Below are positions 62,501-64,000 of a DNA stretch of 64,000 nucleotides, one piece after another; positions within the stretch are counted from its first letter, which is position 1, and each line of letters opens with the position of its first letter. The translations under genes were made by a program, and so were the position numbers. The DNA is from Monocercomonoides exilis PA203 (taxonomy: Eukaryota > Protista > Preaxostyla), in NCBI GenBank assembly GCA_001643675.2, contig LSRY02000004.1, forward strand, positions 2,108,001 to 2,172,000. The letters run 5' to 3'. Below the pieces are notes generated by a model, which did no database searches, was not told the DNA's origin, and worked only from the letters and a program-made list of their open reading frames with translations.

Positions 62501-64000
62501 GAATGTGTGCTGGAATCAATCGCCGTGCCTCAGCTGTAGAAAGCGAAGGATGAGTCAAAGAAAAGTAAGGGAGATATTCCATAAGCTTCTTTGAATATTC
62601 GCTTTCTTTTTTCTCTTCTTTGTCTTCTTTCTCCTTCTCCTTCTCTTTCTCCTTTTCAGCTTCATTCTTCTCTTGATCCTCTTCCGTAATCGGATCTTCC
62701 GAGTCTTCCGTCAGTTCTGATTCCGGAATCTCCTCCAGCGGCTCTTCTTCTTCATCATCCTCGCTTTCCTCCTTTGCATCTGCTTCTTCGCTTGTTGCTG
62801 TTCCTGAAGAATATTCGTTTGCCTGCTGATCTTGCATACTCAGCCGAAGCGCCATCAACAGCTCAGGATCCATGTCTCCATCGTCACCAAAGCCAGCCAT
62901 TTCGTCTATCCAGCTGAAGTCGTTATCAGAGCTTGTGCTTCCACCAATGCCATATGCATCGCCAGTGAAGTTTTCTGATGCTCCGCTGCCTGCTCCACTC
63001 TCTTCTTTAGCAGCATCTGATGATTGGCCAGAAGAAGAGGAATAAGCATCCAAAGATAAGTTCAATGGAGTTGGTCGCTTTGGCGTTTCAAGCAATGACT
63101 TTGAAGGTTCAGAATGTTCTGCATCTGCAGCGCCTTCATTCGATGAATCTTTTTTGCTGGAATCTGACAAATCAACAGGAGGAGCAATGGTAATTGGAGG
63201 CTTGGCAGGTCCAAAAGGCACAGAAGATATTGGTGTTGAATCAAGATGAGTATCAACCGAATCAGTGACGCTTTCTTCGGTTTGCTTTTGGATGTTCTTT
63301 GCTTGTTCTTTTGCTTCTATGACCTCTGCAGTTCTCTGCAGAACTCTTTCTTTCTCTTCCATTTCTCGCTTTCTCTCCATCTCTCTTTCTCTCTCAGCTG
63401 AGTCATTTGCATCTGTTTCTTCTTTCTCCTTCGCCTCTTCTTCCTCGCTGCTGGCTGGTGACTGCTTCTTCCATTCGTCAAGTGGATTCACTCTCTCATA
63501 GACAAGAAGATAAGCCGAGGCATCCTTCTCAAACGTGCTTCCATAATGCCAAAAGCTCATTCCACCTGAAAACAGCTCCTCTCCACCAAAGCAGTTATCT
63601 GCAATGTCTGCTGGGTCAAATGGCCCAACATGCGAATCGTTGAAGCACAACCACTTGAATGGAGATTGCCTCTCCTGAATGAATGAATAGTAATGGCCTG
63701 CCTCTGCTGTGCCACGATGCACAACTACACCAGCCAGATTGTATGTATAATATGATGAGTCCCGTGAAGAAGAAGAAGAAGATGATGATGATGTCATTGT
63801 AGAAGGTGAAGGAGAAGGGGAAGGTTGCAACTGCTTGGCATCTTGATCCTGAGGATCTCTTTCTTTCTCTTTCTCCTCTCCTCCTTCTGCACTTCCCTCT
63901 CCGTCTTTTTCTTGATCTGCCAATTTCTGTTGCACAAAAGCAAATAGCTTGTCCTTCTGAATTGCTGATTCTCGTTTTGAGAATGTCTCCTTTGAGTAAG
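53598..64000 (-). CDS. Giant ubiquitin-specific protease (peptidase C19, USP9/24/34-like), 5'-truncated by the window edge
   Basis: His box YNLAGVVVHRGTAEAGHYYSFI...WLCFNDSHV...AYLLVYER. UIM-like DPELLMALRLSM and DEEYQLKMAIKQSM. The frame stays open to the window end. Confidence 0.9.
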   Translation of the reverse strand, partial: YSKETFSKRESAIQKDKLFAFVQQKLADQEKDGEGSAEGGEEKEKERDPQDQDAKQLQPSPSPSPSTMTSSSSSSSSSRDSSYYTYNLAGVVVHRGTAEAGHYYSFIQERQSPFKWLCFNDSHVGPFDPADIADNCFGGEELFSGGMSFWHYGSTFEKDASAYLLVYERVNPLDEWKKQSPASSEEEEAKEKEETDANDSAEREREMERKREMEEKERVLQRTAEVIEAKEQAKNIQKQTEESVTDSVDTHLDSTPISSVPFGPAKPPITIAPPVDLSDSSKKDSSNEGAADAEHSEPSKSLLETPKRPTPLNLSLDAYSSSSGQSSDAAKEESGAGSGASENFTGDAYGIGGSTSSDNDFSWIDEMAGFGDDGDMDPELLMALRLSMQDQQANEYSSGTATSEEADAKEESEDDEEEEPLEEIPESELTEDSEDPITEEDQEKNEAEKEKEKEKEKEDKEEKKESEYSKKLMEYLPYFSLTHPSLSTAEARRLIPAHILQSIETDNNNLFREAHFLSLSYANAFHDAFVAMNSEDVKVCSELLRRREDWRRRKSEWENLRMQSQLNELVEMGQMEEKGGEGKGEGNEGNATKLSKESNEKKQLNAVRKELIAKEEEELKRIEEELSKEESQLEKKWSSLNWAEFNLSKLPALSTSADSSTASSSESQTQSTQKVSEETVDSKLSSSKDSLCSDDFFVTWLLFLLRVHSHAKAKPRFVEWMKEIEGVLTRHPSVANSFLKVLVDELSEEKRRKTANAELKEEEKKKLCGASASSSAAAILMPASEEDPPSLLTQFFFECSDLAMRTSFCRLLLCALSTIFPKAVKEEEAKRRIAEYNDALKKAEKKKELQSLAESMTEEEKEQRCVEARLHIHFQLKPEDLEFAQENPNSPYPYTEASKREALCKEMGISLTQLKEYFVNAKAKAKEIEDRKFDEEYESVPTVYVAKKEKSFHSISFDEGISPSTSVIFDKFNKSHSFLSVPSPSTPSTLSFISHFILILLDFLPRQQGSADKFVPLFLLFKDFALISPYAAGILVSHHFSQRMSDFVLGTESFYPWNKHKLESKLSSAASSSSSSSFSKFSLSFSETTLSHVMFVVMEAIAAVCCSASVGMPEYWQTRLVSLAEHHAGALGIPTINQPYQLPPPSFERLYSPTNMPKEDPKLPRLPLLHPYSLFALDKLPAIILDVASPARLLSSAIACSCRRYPNEMFNWGNFFVYLMNKAEKPKLFVAVFFDLLMTPCTRPYYANDNEFEREEEEWDREKEGVEISQKEEEDIYPAGVFEEKLWKWWKSYGKIGEDDSESSSEHKLSKLMKQLEVDNLSECSINKEGEIKSTAAVEEDDDSIEQKLLLLRLESITETLNSSSSASESSASSSSIASTIGIAMSKKDEDIDPSIDLPEEPAASLSSLFTRRLISLQTRVAHFYPILFVLDAFLTVIMKDVWNGLKTHPLFAFAALCRQNSTFAHFIAGGCNRIKQSDNNEQQAEHTVMQIEGDKTKEETEKANESKTEENAETKAKEEQSTKVGKNSNDSQTVSLGMNILSELVKGTYSKMTYPLREAISRALRVAMLEDNGAEREDDVMFFVNKKKKEVKEKHRRMRKEKGAAMQEHLSSVSSLPKDLKGKYGVRTTEVLPTVSELLKNWSSKLPFPMKKSFLHTTPFSFAPYLIDDSTEEGDKAASAKMKLPIEASSSSTSCLPYSMLDDPNAPITASNSMLNTTTAPSTFTDSLLSSSGIAIPVSSFDSSISSSSWSFAPSHLCRVEGFEYLSNSFHASFFTLPRILSRPSVLVPYVLPSIKGNSATKSGTESFEPFSLVPINDSTTCGSLPPPSSDIAHLEFKEVEWKKDALPEYARLSPTFQTEVDLKEDIEKGVLLSLYQTPMDLQPTAQYTSPLSTLLHNSPDVNPGAEKTLATLWRQQHWENEAKEGMSEADVLKREMNEMEILETTKVTEPLPLHLDVNPHVDSDLEKYPIFEHLALNVYSCLLSHLDSRNVLNADDKSKLETRFLYHSDNVETVIRHHWIMTSYLALLMWFARDVPEEDPAEDVILKKEQMWNDYLTEFTNNDAKPRQETTEKSADSSASTSHASVSSSQPSRFVAVFPTSQKLDDLSLVLSSPPSSHGTTKRMGLQALATRLPLLLELLWKVYNTDKLCNLNFLGVMQLMDTVIGRESKCCEWILRSSPLPFSRFMLEHLPILPYFAADVNQFLLYSDEMFQTCMSFFCNLCVYWVHNKERLLAEEQKHSKASSDSATSSASAQSTNNKGSHKMNAFEKIVIQNYTTFCFGRFYANPFSFPRSAPIFNAFAHFLIDENVGAAEREEIERELSQSTSTKNSSEIASDESKEENKEEIALASSFSSSVKLDERQKFYGKASTYFEFFIVKLFHKFRSVRSFTHSYSTAYFMMAMLTQHTPRLLHLMATSHNSFVQIPPSEINPTFSITPTFSSSFSPSFSSLPFHHSSLLHETISCNAAVDRILRPSRLFDSPSLRRKVALVLLTENHSGFAHMLKNLTGESSVYTLAYAMWDETSVLHSAVYAMDIIELVVKEWVMMKNEVKRFESEEERKKKNLQSPEDEEEEVPSLCADSIVLFNVSEGNNAVINSIDVTTGIELVNKMEYETLQLISTLCLRMLSSIYPLQVRLRCLSVLSLLVDQHDPLASDIIEALGQYLMAKYNVDITKDGFITQHSKEGTEYEQNKNKSSCSSSSSSSVDHSSTSSGAFTKNPLFDGKTNQTANSRSNAKGIPHIGPSSSRTSSSSLSASETYKPPAGTEAAGDLKEEDDELSGLRMQAAMVAASIVASATRNSMNQEYQSSLAQSMMNPQANRPRPIPPPSEPSSYSNYSTQSQSSSPSSASSYSNKGINSTEEEQELKEPPDFRARPVITDSLFEPPTDIEVGSKNGENETESANASPSDSVHHPERGFGSLAEVQENETGANRSGSTEMRMEQKQQLLDEMGMADVVGTEKLVSKEQKPQNKVKDNKSSSSAVSSSSAEEQFARMLIGVKFFSLELSTPPDLIHTTISVPTHHLDRLIQNAQNNLFPTSSSASSESSSLDSAHSKDALLCVDNNYLNTIRSLCKPSYLPSSLLPSLDRSSRSPLVSTCFLISPQTPICSAPQFVQRVGSVCTCSETKRCVHHTTSPHSAYANRLFFPLLREDFPERKQSTNAAVVQSPSSLVPFTSPLPVNTTELSFDLRIIAAFGFYASVLLNKTFDKWRNEVDTAERVREFLSSVDEKQKDDLQMLSGENSASSTNNLSEGKASKEKHLYKVLDEKEQAALSAGIGVRELLLVHLYQFASDAVKQKIKEAFLRDSSEYLATKEEFEQSNSKESDSENGSDESEETYFDGSVDASKGFDDEEYQLKMAIKQSMKEEKERNRKIKKEQSEKNAIWTGLPQKKMSSRRYVLNGLYASSQLLLSLLDKQEQNASQTEISHLIPFASSVADSTAMFLLDLMTYERKFEILETLNISK

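Noticed and set aside
1-64000. tRNA, rRNA or snRNA genes
   Set aside because: None recognised by eye; tRNAscan-SE and Infernal would be needed to exclude them.

Overview
AT-rich, intron-dense eukaryotic genomic DNA using the standard genetic code, with short GT-AG introns (many with GTTTG donors), A-rich start contexts and pervasive TCT-encoded poly-Ser tracts. These traits and two expanded gene families point to an oxymonad, most likely Monocercomonoides (inference). About 15 genes can be reconstructed, several only after manual splicing: an ORD-only oxysterol-binding protein, an F-box + TMEM185-like membrane protein, a CCHC zinc-knuckle protein, a Pho80-type cyclin, a tandem doublecortin protein, a histidine phosphatase, a protein ending in a toxin-nuclease-like domain, a C-terminally truncated nephrocystin-4-like protein, a GT8 glycosyltransferase, a TOM1/GPR137-like membrane protein and a giant USP deubiquitinase. 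There is also a degenerate GGA-repeat pseudogene and a TA-flanked MITE. The stand-out is a ~4,370-aa protein (39768-53130, minus) with 19 copies of an unrecognised ~75-aa domain, an alpha-kinase-fold pseudokinase and ARM repeats. All family assignments rest on recalled motifs; no database searches were run.
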